From a virus (taxonomy: Duplodnaviria; Caudoviricetes), in the IMG/VR virus record IMGVR_UViG_3300046508_000016, positions 1 through 60,638 of that record: a stretch of DNA of 60,638 nucleotides, one strand, 5' to 3'. Positions 1 through 8,765 of this stretch are shown piece by piece. Positions within the stretch are counted from its first letter, which is position 1, and the number at the start of each line of letters is the position of its first letter. The notes under the pieces are model-generated. The model saw nothing but the letters and a program-made list of their open reading frames with translations, was not told where the DNA came from and did no database searches. The translations under genes and the position numbers were made by a program.

Positions 1-210
1 GGTTTCCCCTGCGGATTCCGCTGCGGCCCGCGTGCAGTGGTGGCTAGTCGTCATTGGTCTGTCGTCCACCATTGCCTGGCACCGCCAAGAATTGTGTGTG
101 CTTCGGCTCACTCGTTCGATCTTGACGCTGATGGTTGGCTCAAAGCCATCAACTTTCGGGTGATCGTAACTGTGAGGACGCGGCATTAAGTTCATGTTAA
201 GCATCATCAT
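1..210 (-). CDS. Small early hypothetical protein, truncated by window edge
   Basis: Open frame MMMLNMNLMPRPHSYDHPK... preceded by AAAGGGA, runs off position 1. Confidence 0.55.
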   Translation of the reverse strand, partial: MMMLNMNLMPRPHSYDHPKVDGFEPTISVKIERVSRSTHNSWRCQAMVDDRPMTTSHHCTRAAAESAGET

Positions 211-275
211 TCCCTTTCGGTTAGAGGTCGTCGTCCACCGCCGAGCCGTCAGCGACGGCGCGGCAACGGAAGGCG

Positions 276-467
276 TCAACGCTTGCATTCTTCGTAGCCG
301 TCGAACCAGGGGCCACGGGTTGCGGTCAGGCGACGGGCCTTCGCGCTGGTGGCGGTGCGGCTGCTGGTTTCGGGATCGTGGCAATGGGCCTGCGCCTCCG
401 CGAGGGTTAGTCCCGTTGCGATGGTTCGCTTGCCGCCCTTAAGGTAGCTTCGGAAGATCTTGTACAT
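276..467 (-). CDS. Small phage early protein
   Basis: MYKIFRSY...GLTLAEAQAHCHDPETSS...WFDGY resembles a widespread phage hypothetical family; GGA SD in end of upstream gene. Confidence 0.8.
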   Translation of the reverse strand: MYKIFRSYLKGGKRTIATGLTLAEAQAHCHDPETSSRTATSAKARRLTATRGPWFDGYEECKR

Positions 468-470
468 GGT

Positions 471-1010
471 TCAGTTTCCTTCCGTCAGGTCAGGGGCCAA
501 AATGCCGTATCCGCCCATGTCGCGGTGCAACTGCCGCGTCGGCGTGTCGTAAAACTCATCCCGCCCTCTAGCCTCGGCCATCCATTCGCTATCGATCTTC
601 AGGGCATAGCCGCGGGGGTCGCGGTTGACGAAAATTGGGACCAGCGGCTTGCGATTCCAAATCGCGCGGAAGTCAACGACAAAGCCGGTACCCTCACAGT
701 TAGGGCAGTTGTCGCGCTGCACGCCACGTTTGCAACCGCACTTTGCCCCGGTTTTGGGCTGGTACTCGTGCCGGTTGCCCAGTAGGGCGTTCACCTTCGC
801 TAGAATCGCTTCGCTGATCTTGTCCGCGTCGTCCTCGTTGGGAAACTGGGGGCCGTTGCACAATCGCAGCCCGAGGGCCTCGCCTTCGCGCTCCAACTTA
901 CGGAGCTTGCTACAGAGCTTCACGGGGTCGCGCTCTGTCGCATTAGGGAAAATGGCAAGCAACTGCTCGCCGTGCCGGATAACCGCCGCTTTTGTCTTCG
1001 CGTTCATCAT
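471..1010 (-). CDS. Phage early hypothetical protein with inserted Zn-finger (CGC...CPNCEGTG)
   Basis: 179 aa ORF; NRDPRGYALKID and DMGGYGILAPD motifs typical of phage early proteins. Confidence 0.8.
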   Translation of the reverse strand: MMNAKTKAAVIRHGEQLLAIFPNATERDPVKLCSKLRKLEREGEALGLRLCNGPQFPNEDDADKISEAILAKVNALLGNRHEYQPKTGAKCGCKRGVQRDNCPNCEGTGFVVDFRAIWNRKPLVPIFVNRDPRGYALKIDSEWMAEARGRDEFYDTPTRQLHRDMGGYGILAPDLTEGN

Positions 1011-1032
1011 GCACCTATGGGGTTAGTGTTGA

Positions 1033-1248
1033 CTAGTAGATCAAGAGCGACGCGCAATCCTCGCGTCTGCTGGCGTGCCAGCCCTCCCTCGCCCCGTGTG
1101 GGATCGAGCCGGGTATATCGGTATTCTGCCGCACTGCCCGAGTCACGCCGAGCAGGGCTCGCACTTTGGATCGCGCCTCACGCAGCGTAGTAGCGGTGTC
1201 CAGCGTTGCGCCAGATTCCCACGCACAGATTCTATAGGTTTTCATCAT
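1033..1248 (-). CDS. Small hypothetical protein
   Basis: AAGGAG SD upstream, 71 aa. Confidence 0.65.
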   Translation of the reverse strand: MMKTYRICAWESGATLDTATTLREARSKVRALLGVTRAVRQNTDIPGSIPHGAREGWHASRREDCASLLIY

Positions 1249-1399
1249 TTCTCCTTGCGGCCCTCTTATATCGCCCCGTCCTAACGCGATTGTGTCGGAT
1301 TGCTTCCGCCATTGTTGCCATAGCTCATTCTCCGATGTAGGGTTTCGGAAACGTCAACCGTCGCCGCGCCCTATCACTAGGGCAGGGCAATGGGGGGCG

Positions 1400-1810
1400 T
1401 TAGGCTTCCGAGAAGTAACCCGGATCGTCGGCTGTTGCGCCGTCGTTGTCGCGCAACCATTCGCCGGCCGCCGCGATAAACTCGCCGGCCGTTACGCCGC
1501 AGTGTTTGCAGTCAACGGTTCCATCCGTTCCATCGTGTGCGCAGGTTTCGATGCCGGCCGTATATCCGTCGGGGTTATCGTCACAGTCGTCGCAATCCCA
1601 ACACTCCTGGCCGCCGCGCTCGGCAACGTCAGTATGCACCTTGCCGCAAGTCGGGCATTTCTGCACACCGGCGAGTGTCAACCCGAAACTCTGCGCCGTT
1701 CCGGGGTAGTCCCAATCGGTCTGGATAAGGATAGCCCGCCCATTAGGCCCTAGAATCTCCCCAGGGCAACAGGGGGCGTTTACATCAGTATTCCAAGTAA
1801 TTTTGCTCAT
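1400..1810 (-). CDS. Cys-rich phage early protein
   Basis: Start MSKITW after GGAG SD; motifs IQTDWDYPGTA, CAHDGTDGTVDCKHCG, DDPGYF. Confidence 0.75.
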   Translation of the reverse strand: MSKITWNTDVNAPCCPGEILGPNGRAILIQTDWDYPGTAQSFGLTLAGVQKCPTCGKVHTDVAERGGQECWDCDDCDDNPDGYTAGIETCAHDGTDGTVDCKHCGVTAGEFIAAAGEWLRDNDGATADDPGYFSEA

Positions 1811-1895
1811 CGGACTAGCTCCAAGTGTAGGGGTGTAGGGAAACCAAACAACCAGGCCCACCGTTGCCAGTGGGCTAGGTTGTGGGGTCGCCAAA

Positions 1896-2201
1896 CTAGT
1901 CGCCGCCTTCTCTCAGCCCCTCCGCAAACGCATAAGCAAACGCGCGGGCAAGCCGAACATTCGCCGCGCTCATTCTTCGTCCGGCTGTGATAATCCACTG
2001 GGGGGCAGTATTGGCTGGCTGAGGATCGTAATGGATTGAAGCCGTGGTCAAGTGGAGGTAGTTCGCCAAGACGCAGCGAATACGATCCGCCCGCAAGTGA
2101 ATCGGTGCGGCGAATAACACGGGCGTCATATACAGTGCGTCTTGCGAGTCGAGATAAGCCAAGCATTCAGTCAAGTCCAGTGAGCAGGATACAAGAGGCA
2201 T
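1896..2201 (-). CDS. Hypothetical early protein
   Basis: Start MPLVSC after TTGGAG SD. Confidence 0.6.
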   Translation of the reverse strand: MPLVSCSLDLTECLAYLDSQDALYMTPVLFAAPIHLRADRIRCVLANYLHLTTASIHYDPQPANTAPQWIITAGRRMSAANVRLARAFAYAFAEGLREGGD

Positions 2202-2259
2202 GATATAGCTCCAATTGCGCCGGTTAGGTGCCGGCTGGTTAGGTGTCGTGAGGTAGGGC

Positions 2260-2448
2260 TCACTCGTGAATTGAGATATAAACCACTTGATACTCCACAC
2301 CCATTTCGTTGCGCCCGAACGTATGTGCATTCTCCAAGGTTTCCCATGGTCCCTCATCGAGAACGACTAATGCTTGCGTATCTCGGTCGCCAACAGTAGT
2401 TTGCACGTAGGTGATGTAAAATCCGGTTTCCGTAAGCGTCTTTCGCAT
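2260..2448 (-). CDS. Hypothetical early protein
   Basis: TTGGAG SD, 62 aa, first gene after the non-coding region. Confidence 0.65.
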   Translation of the reverse strand: MRKTLTETGFYITYVQTTVGDRDTQALVVLDEGPWETLENAHTFGRNEMGVEYQVVYISIHE

Positions 2449-2478
2449 GGTGGCTCCAATACGTAGGGTGTAAAAAAC

Positions 2479-2540
2479 GATTGCCCCCGTACCACGCTTT
2501 CCGGCCTAGCAAGCTAGAGGGCGCAGCCACGGGGGCAATC
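2479..2540 (-). other. Long RNA hairpin in early leader
   Basis: Perfect 12-bp stem GATTGCCCCCGT (2479-2490) / ACGGGGGCAATC (2529-2540). Confidence 0.65.
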
Positions 2541-2626
2541 AAGTATTGTCTGGGCTGCTAGGCCGGCTAATGCAACGCATCTACCCTATTAAGGTGAGAA
2601 TCCCGTGCCAAACTGCATATTGACGA

Positions 2627-3057
2627 GTGAGTAAACGCTCACCACTACCCGTGGTGGTAGCGCTTAGATAATCTAATGCTGGCAATACTCCGAATAAGGA
2701 AAGCAAATAATACTGTTGCCAGTGTCAAGAGGTATCCTCTCGCGGGCGCACACGCGATATAGAATTGGTCGGCCAGGCGAGCCACGATCCAAGCCAGTCT
2801 GCCACCCATTTCACACCCGTTCCCGTGCCGTTCACCGGCAGTATCACAATGTCAGGATATGAGAGAATAGCAGTCAATACGGGGCAAAAGTAGCGAATGG
2901 TGACATGATGCGGGTCGTTTCTAGCTACCCTAACCCTCCATTTGGGGGCCTCAAGAGTCCGTAGCGTGGTAAAGTAGGCAATATCCAGATTGGCAACCGC
3001 AACCTGTTGCCGCACAAGGGTTTGCGTCGCCGCAGAGTCGGTGAGTGTTTACTCACC
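2627..3057. promoter_or_regulatory. Pair of inverted quasi-palindromic operator-like sites
   Basis: GTGAGTAAACGCTCACC (2627-2643) matches the reverse complement of GGTGAGTGTTTACTCAC (3040-3056) at 16/17. Confidence 0.5.
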
Positions 3058-3136
3058 ACCGCCAGGCCCCCCATGCCATCGTGGCTGACTCTATTATAGC
3101 GTCCCCCGTATTTTGCAATTTTTGGAGTCGTGCGCG

Positions 3137-3451
3137 TCAGAACGGCTTCTTTTGCGTCGAAACCACACGATATAGCGGCACACGAATCTGATAGCCGTTG
3201 TCGCGGAACACCATTGAACCGCAGTCATTGAACTCATAGTGATCGAACCCCAGGTCGCGTCTGGTACGGAACGAACGCCACTTGGTTTCGGAGACGCGAC
3301 GTATCTGACACGGAGTATCCTTGGCGATGCAGAAGTGTGCAACGAGATTTGGAGCGGTTTGTGGCGGTCTACAGCTGCCTTGTTCACGTCGATGCGACTC
3401 GGAGCCAGACCACGATGAGAAGCGATATGGCTCTGGTGAATCGGAGTTCAT
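3137..3451 (-). CDS. Hypothetical protein
   Basis: 104 aa ORF directly downstream of the HTH gene. Confidence 0.5.
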   Translation of the reverse strand: MNSDSPEPYRFSSWSGSESHRREQGSCRPPQTAPNLVAHFCIAKDTPCQIRRVSETKWRSFRTRRDLGFDHYEFNDCGSMVFRDNGYQIRVPLYRVVSTQKKPF

Positions 3452-3466
3452 TGGCGCTGCTTACTC

Positions 3467-3844
3467 TTAATCTAGTTCTGGTGCTCGTCTACGTTCGTAG
3501 GTGTGCTCGTCTACGTTCGCACCTAATGGGTGGCTTACTAGTGGTGGAAGGGTCGATTTGACGTAGTACATCGAGGAACGGTCGCGACGGATGCGGACGC
3601 GGATAAGTCCCAACTGCTCTAGTTTTCTTAAAGCCTTGCGGATGCTATTCTTTGACAGTCCGGTTTCCTGACACAGCAGTTTCTTACCGGGCCAGCAGCG
3701 ACCGTCCTTCCCGGCGTGCCTAAGCAAGCAAAGATAGACGGCTAGCGGCCCAAAGGTTTCAAACTTCCAGAGCCGTTCAGCCAGATGATATGGAAAACGA
3801 AACCATTGTTCGCTGCCGTAGAACTCTGATTCGTCTTTAGGCAC
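3467..3844 (-). CDS. Helix-turn-helix (HTH_36 / replication-protein-like) DNA-binding protein
   Basis: AVYLCLLRHA...CWPGKKLLCQETGLSKNSIRKALRKLEQLGLI; GTG start after GGAGGAG SD. Confidence 0.85.
   Translation of the reverse strand: MPKDESEFYGSEQWFRFPYHLAERLWKFETFGPLAVYLCLLRHAGKDGRCWPGKKLLCQETGLSKNSIRKALRKLEQLGLIRVRIRRDRSSMYYVKSTLPPLVSHPLGANVDEHTYERRRAPELD
3481..3519. repeat. 17-bp direct repeat (iteron-like)
   Basis: GTGCTCGTCTACGTTCG at 3481-3497 and 3503-3519. Confidence 0.75.
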
Positions 3845-3848
3845 AGAC

Positions 3849-3980
3849 TCCTCCACTATCGCTGGCCGAGGTGGAGGACAAGGCCGTGAATAGACAGACC
3901 CGCTGGAAGCCGGCAGGCAAAGAACAGCGGGTCTGCGGACGTTTCCGTCCAATGTTTTGTTGGGTATCCTGCCGGCACTC
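3849..3980 (-). promoter_or_regulatory. Structured cis-regulatory leader RNA of the HTH gene
   Basis: 11-bp stem 3895-3905/3925-3935; GAAA-tetraloop hairpin 3937-3950; 9-nt loop complement at 3968-3976; SD-occluding 8-bp stem 3849-3856/3871-3878. Confidence 0.7.
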
Positions 3981-3983
3981 CCC

Positions 3984-4409
3984 TTATCCTACATCTGGAA
4001 CCCTAATTAGGTCAATAGCAGACGGGTACAGCACCACCCGAATTGTTGAACCTGGATACCACCAGCTATTTGCGTCGAGAAACCAATGGCAGTCGCAACG
4101 TCTTGCTATTTCCGCGATGGCTTTGATGTCGTTCTCGTCGAGATTGTAGGGTTCCGAGGTAAACGCCTGGAGGCGACGGTATCGCGTTGACCCCCAATGG
4201 TCCAACCAGGAAGTGTGGGTAAGACTATTGGCCGCATGGTACAACACTGAACTGCCATACGTTTGCCCGTCGTCGCACCCAAACTCTCTCATAAGCAAAA
4301 TCCGAAACCAGTTCGGCACATGGCCCTGCTTTACTGGGGTTGGTTTTAACAGGTCGCGTGCCTGCTGGATCATCTTGGTTTGAAACCCAGATGGAATTGT
4401 GGTTTTCAT
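3984..4409 (-). CDS. Hypothetical protein
   Basis: Start MKTTIP after AGGAG; WLDHWG, SEPY, SWWYPG motifs. Confidence 0.75.
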   Translation of the reverse strand: MKTTIPSGFQTKMIQQARDLLKPTPVKQGHVPNWFRILLMREFGCDDGQTYGSSVLYHAANSLTHTSWLDHWGSTRYRRLQAFTSEPYNLDENDIKAIAEIARRCDCHWFLDANSWWYPGSTIRVVLYPSAIDLIRVPDVG

Positions 4410-4458
4410 GCTCGCTCTCCTGTACTCTGTGTCTCTGTGTCCACAAGAGGACAGCCGG

Positions 4459-5319
4459 TTAGGACTCCACGATCTCCTCGGCCTCGCAAATCTGACGTGT
4501 TCCAAGATCGCCCATCACTATCACGCGGAACTTGCGGGGCTTGAGGTGGTGCTGTACGTCATTTAGCATGTCGTGTCGTTTTTGTAGAAACACAAGTTCT
4601 TGTCGCAGCTTCCGAATCTCGACGGCGGGCGGGGCAAGCGTCTCTTCTGGTGACTGAGGACTCAGCTTGTCGTATGCCCGTCGCAGCAACAGCACCTTCT
4701 CGTAGGCGAGGCTATAGCCGTACTGGCCTGGTTCGGCTGTGGATTCTGGCCACGTTCCACCCTCGGCAGCGGTGAGGCAGCCGGCGAGTTGGACACGGAG
4801 TTGTTCAATCTGATTGTCTCGGCCGGCAAGGGCGTTGTTGAGTTGGTCGATCACGCCAGATGTGGTATCGCTGGGGGTGCATTGTGGGGCTACCATCCCG
4901 AAGGTGTACGCAGCTTGGTCGTAGTTCTCGGCGTTTTCTTTCCGCAGCTTCCGAAGCTCGACGGCGGCACGACGGCATACGTCGTCAACAACCCCAGATT
5001 CCACAATCCCCAAATTGCGAACGATTGCATCCAACTCATCCTCAATAAGTTTTGGCCCTTTCTCTGCTTGATTGATGGCGTTGATCCCAGCCTGAATTAC
5101 GGCGCGTTCGTTTTCCTCTAGTCCACCGTGTTCAAGTAGAACGTATAAGTTTTTTAGGGTAGCTTCGGTCCGATTCGGGGCCGGCTCGGGAACGGGCTCC
5201 CATACTCGTTCAAACGATTCGGTGGTAATGTAGGTCATGTCGTGATCCATGTCGCCAGCACTACGCTCTGGAAACACCTCACATTCCACGCTATGGTCGG
5301 CTTTCATGCGGTACAGCAT
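4459..5319 (-). CDS. Hypothetical coiled-coil phage protein
   Basis: 286 aa, AGGAG SD. Confidence 0.75.
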   Translation of the reverse strand: MLYRMKADHSVECEVFPERSAGDMDHDMTYITTESFERVWEPVPEPAPNRTEATLKNLYVLLEHGGLEENERAVIQAGINAINQAEKGPKLIEDELDAIVRNLGIVESGVVDDVCRRAAVELRKLRKENAENYDQAAYTFGMVAPQCTPSDTTSGVIDQLNNALAGRDNQIEQLRVQLAGCLTAAEGGTWPESTAEPGQYGYSLAYEKVLLLRRAYDKLSPQSPEETLAPPAVEIRKLRQELVFLQKRHDMLNDVQHHLKPRKFRVIVMGDLGTRQICEAEEIVES

Positions 5320-5333
5320 CGTAACTCCTTACC

Positions 5334-5543
5334 TTAGTTCAGTTTCCACTCCTCACAAAACATATCAATCTTCGTCATTCCGCAATCGGGGCACTTAAGC
5401 TCCAGTAAGTTCCATCCCCTGTGCCTACATACTACCCATAGGCCACGGTCACGCATAGGCGTGAAGCGGATCGGCTCGGCCAAAAACTTGTTGATGGCGG
5501 CGTTGGCAATGGCCATCAGCTTGGCGAAGGTGGCGTACTGCAT
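5334..5543 (-). CDS. Small Zn-ribbon hypothetical protein
   Basis: GGAGG SD; CxH...CPDC. Confidence 0.55.
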   Translation of the reverse strand: MQYATFAKLMAIANAAINKFLAEPIRFTPMRDRGLWVVCRHRGWNLLELKCPDCGMTKIDMFCEEWKLN

Positions 5544-5788
5544 GGTGTGCCTCCAGAATCGGTTTTGGCGCGTTTTTTCTCAGCAAGCGACTGCATTCTT
5601 TCGCGCATCGCCGCTTTCTGGTCATCAGATAGGGTCCGCTTGGTGAAGGGATTCTTCCCAAACCGGAATGGATGCAGCGGGCAATCCAGCAATCCGCACC
5701 TTTGCACCTCGTTGGCGTACTGACCGCAACACTCTAGACAATGTGCCCTAATTGCCTTGGCGGGGGATTTGGGGCGAGATCGGATCAT
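5516..5788 (-). CDS. Small Cys-rich Zn-binding phage protein
   Basis: KAIRAHCLECCG...EVQRC...CPLHPFRFGKNP. Confidence 0.75.
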   Translation of the reverse strand: MIRSRPKSPAKAIRAHCLECCGQYANEVQRCGLLDCPLHPFRFGKNPFTKRTLSDDQKAAMRERMQSLAEKKRAKTDSGGTPCSTPPSPS

Positions 5789-5985
5789 TTGCTTCCCTTT
5801 CGCTTTTTAAGGGCCTTCTTCGGTTTCGGCACCCGCTTGGCCTGCTTATTGGCCACGGCGATAGCCATGCCTTCGTCGCCGCTACTCTTGAGTACGGCGT
5901 TGGCGACCTTTGACCACTTGGCCCTCTGGGCGGGGGTCTTGAGGCTGCGATTGTGCTTGATCGCGTCTGATGGTTTCCACGGCAT
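5785..5985 (-). CDS. ChaB-like basic protein
   Basis: MPW...WSKVANAVL...DEGMAIAVAN; GGGAG SD. Confidence 0.65.
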   Translation of the reverse strand: MPWKPSDAIKHNRSLKTPAQRAKWSKVANAVLKSSGDEGMAIAVANKQAKRVPKPKKALKKRKGSK

Positions 5986-6104
5986 GTTTATTCTCCCTTT
6001 TGAGACATTCCTGAAAAGCCGCTTGCATCCCGAAGGCTTCGTCCCAATTCCGCTCGAATTGCTGACGCGGCACCTGGCACGGCCGGCGAGACGATCCTTT
6101 TCCG

Positions 6105-7028
6105 TTACTCATCAGTAGCCCTCAGTAGTTCGTCGAGATTGTCGGTTTCGCAATAGTCATTCATGCGGCAGTCCCTACAGGGCGCAGTCTGCCCCTTCTC
6201 GCCATGAAGATGTGATTCCCGCAAGACCCGCAGTTTACGTCCATTCCAAATATCGACGAGCAAATCGGTGGCGATATTTCCGAGGAGATTGATTCTCTCC
6301 CAATCGACACAGCAAGGAATCACGTCTCCGTTGGCCTGCACCTCCAATCCCTTGAAAATCTGCGGGCATACGTGGTGGGCGATAGGTTTGGTTCCCCAGC
6401 GGAATTGTTGATCCTGGCCGACGGGAAGCCGTGGCCATATTGGGCATACGTGTTCGATCTGGATTTCGTCGCAAATGTCGCCGTACAACGCAAAGAACTC
6501 ATCTTGCTTCTTCGGAGTTGACACAACATCGTAGGTCGTCTTGACGTGAATGGTGGAATCGCCCGACACGCCGTACAGGTAGGAAACGCGATCAGCAAGC
6601 ATTTTGTCAAGCGCGTTGACCGAAATGATGATACGGTCAACGGAACAGCAAAGACTTTCGCTTATGGCCGGCGTCAGAAGTATACCATTGGTAATGACTT
6701 CAATCCGGCCGAAACAGCCACGCTCACGCCCCATCGCCATCATGTCGGATAGGTGTGGGTTCATTAGTGGTTCACCCATGCCGCAGACGCGCAACAGTTT
6801 CACGTTGTCGGCAAACTCAGAAGTCCGGTCGAGAAAGGTGCCAAACAGGCTGAGTGTCAACGTGTCTTTTGGCATGGCGTTACCCACAAGACCCTGCGGG
6901 CACATACGACACTGGCAGTTGCAGTACCCAGATGCCTCAAGATAAATCACCCACGGCGTTGCCAGCGGAACATGATCTTGTAACCGCAAGCGTTCTTGGC
7001 AGGGCTGAGATATGACAGTAGCCTTCAT
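6105..7028 (-). CDS. Radical SAM / SPASM domain protein
   Basis: CNCQCRMC (CxxxCxxC), GMGEPL, TNG, C-terminal CPQIF...GDVIPCC...CRDC. Confidence 0.92.
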   Translation of the reverse strand: MKATVISQPCQERLRLQDHVPLATPWVIYLEASGYCNCQCRMCPQGLVGNAMPKDTLTLSLFGTFLDRTSEFADNVKLLRVCGMGEPLMNPHLSDMMAMGRERGCFGRIEVITNGILLTPAISESLCCSVDRIIISVNALDKMLADRVSYLYGVSGDSTIHVKTTYDVVSTPKKQDEFFALYGDICDEIQIEHVCPIWPRLPVGQDQQFRWGTKPIAHHVCPQIFKGLEVQANGDVIPCCVDWERINLLGNIATDLLVDIWNGRKLRVLRESHLHGEKGQTAPCRDCRMNDYCETDNLDELLRATDE

Positions 7029-7627
7029 GGTCGGTTGTACTGCCCACCCGAATGTGCCAACAAAACGCTCTTACGCCACGGAAGATAGACGCCGGTGCTG
7101 ATTCCGCTCGGTGGCGGGTCTTCCGGCATGTACCGTGATTTACGCGGGCCAGGAAGAGCCGTTCCCCACTTCTTTGCGAAGTGATCCTTGCACGCCTCGT
7201 GCGTCCAGGTGCTCTCCGTGTACAGATACGGAACCTCTTCGCTCTCGTAGTAGGCTAGGCCCGCTTCCTTTAGGCGAAGGATACAATCGTTATCTTCGTA
7301 CCACCCTCCATGAAATCGCTCGTCAAAGCGGCCAATGCGACCCAGCACATCCTTGTTAAAGCCGAAGAATCCAAAGCGGTAAAGTCCAGCTAAGGCGAAT
7401 CCCTCTGCGAGCAACCGCAGCAGCTTCTCGACATGCTCCGGTTTCGGTCGAGCCCGTTCGTTGCAGATGATGACCGTCTCGTCGGGGCAACGATCAATGC
7501 ACTGGTTCCAGAGATAGGAGCATGACGGAAAACCAGTGCCGTCCACGCGAATCGGATTATACGGCGCAAGCAATCGCATGGCTTCGTCGCCGTAATTCGG
7601 TCTGTGCGTTGCCACCATAATCGTCAT
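7025..7627 (-). CDS. Glycosyltransferase (GT-A fold, GT2/GT7-C-like)
   Basis: WNQCI, IGRFDERFHGGWYEDND. Confidence 0.75.
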   Translation of the reverse strand: MTIMVATHRPNYGDEAMRLLAPYNPIRVDGTGFPSCSYLWNQCIDRCPDETVIICNERARPKPEHVEKLLRLLAEGFALAGLYRFGFFGFNKDVLGRIGRFDERFHGGWYEDNDCILRLKEAGLAYYESEEVPYLYTESTWTHEACKDHFAKKWGTALPGPRKSRYMPEDPPPSGISTGVYLPWRKSVLLAHSGGQYNRP

Positions 7628-8199
7628 CGCGCAGCCCCTAATCTGTAAAAGTAAAGCGGGCGCGGTATGGATACCGACCGCACCACCCGCTTTGCTAGAC
7701 CCATCGACCAATTGATGTCCTCGGCTTGGGTGTGATCGAACTCGACTGTCTTCGCAAGCGATGAACGCCACACATTAAACGGATGTGGGTGGCTTCTGTA
7801 GCGTCCCTCACCAATATCTGCTTCGTGGCATATTCCAGTAAGGTCAGGTTCGCATATCTCGTGGTGGCCTGCTGGATACTCTACGCGAAGATGGAAGAGA
7901 ATAATATCGGGGTCGCTTTCAGCGGCGGTGGTTATGCTGGATAGCCAATCATCCGAAACCCAGTCATCGTCATGTACGAACGCAAGATATTTTCCAGACG
8001 CCAAACTCAGAAGATCATTGAACTTCTGATAATGGGGGCGGTTTCTTGTTCCAAATAACGCTAGTAGTTCAACGTCGCCGCGGTCGCCAATTTGACCGAG
8101 CAAATGTTTTATTAAAGGAGTGGCGTGGCTTTCCAATCTCCACGGAACAGTCGGGAGAAGTATCGAAAGAAGTATGGCTGGATTTGCCTCTTCGCTCAT
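7624..8199 (-). CDS. Glycosyltransferase family 2
   Basis: LSILLPT...GKYLAFVHDDD...EDINW. Confidence 0.85.
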   Translation of the reverse strand: MSEEANPAILLSILLPTVPWRLESHATPLIKHLLGQIGDRGDVELLALFGTRNRPHYQKFNDLLSLASGKYLAFVHDDDWVSDDWLSSITTAAESDPDIILFHLRVEYPAGHHEICEPDLTGICHEADIGEGRYRSHPHPFNVWRSSLAKTVEFDHTQAEDINWSMGLAKRVVRSVSIPRPLYFYRLGAAR

Positions 8200-8762
8200 T
8201 TGCGTGTTTCGCTCGTGGCAGGATTGTACTGGTAGTGATACAACACACGATGAATAGAGCGTTGCACCTTAACTTGTTTTGCAAGCACACTCGACCAGGC
8301 CGTATCTTCGCCGAATACCTTATCCTCAAAGCGAAGTGTCTTGGCGAGACTGGATCGCCAAACGTGGGTATGTGACGGATGCCCCTCGTAAAGCGTCGGG
8401 CTAACGTCACGGCATTCTTTTGTGGCGATGTCGTACTTGCAGAGTTGGTCGTGACCATCCGGCCAATGCAACATTACCTGATAGACGACAAGATCGGGGT
8501 TGCTTCGCAATTCGACCGTCACGCTTTCCAGCCAGTCCGGCTCTATCTGATCGTCGTCGTCAAGGAATACGAGATACTCGCCGCGGGCCATATCGAGCAG
8601 TGTATTGCGCTTCTCGCCGGTGCTGCGGCGTTTGTTGTCGAAGAAGGCGCAGACTTCGATGTCCTTTCGGTCGCCTATTTGCTCAATCACACTCTTAACC
8701 ATACGCGGGTAGAACGTGTCAATACGCGAAGGCACCGTGGGGATCAACACCGAAAGCAACAT
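8196..8762 (-). CDS. Glycosyltransferase family 2
   Basis: LSVLIPT...GEKRN...GEYLVFLDDDD...GEDTAW. Confidence 0.9.
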   Translation of the reverse strand: MLLSVLIPTVPSRIDTFYPRMVKSVIEQIGDRKDIEVCAFFDNKRRSTGEKRNTLLDMARGEYLVFLDDDDQIEPDWLESVTVELRSNPDLVVYQVMLHWPDGHDQLCKYDIATKECRDVSPTLYEGHPSHTHVWRSSLAKTLRFEDKVFGEDTAWSSVLAKQVKVQRSIHRVLYHYQYNPATSETRK

Positions 8763-8765
8763 CGT

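Noticed and set aside
2725-3015. 96-aa ORF in the control region
   Set aside because: No SD, no motif, lies in a palindrome-rich intergenic region
3890-3980. HDV-like ribozyme (GCCGGC P1-like pairing)
   Set aside because: No P3/P1.1/P4 elements or catalytic J4/2 segment in the required order
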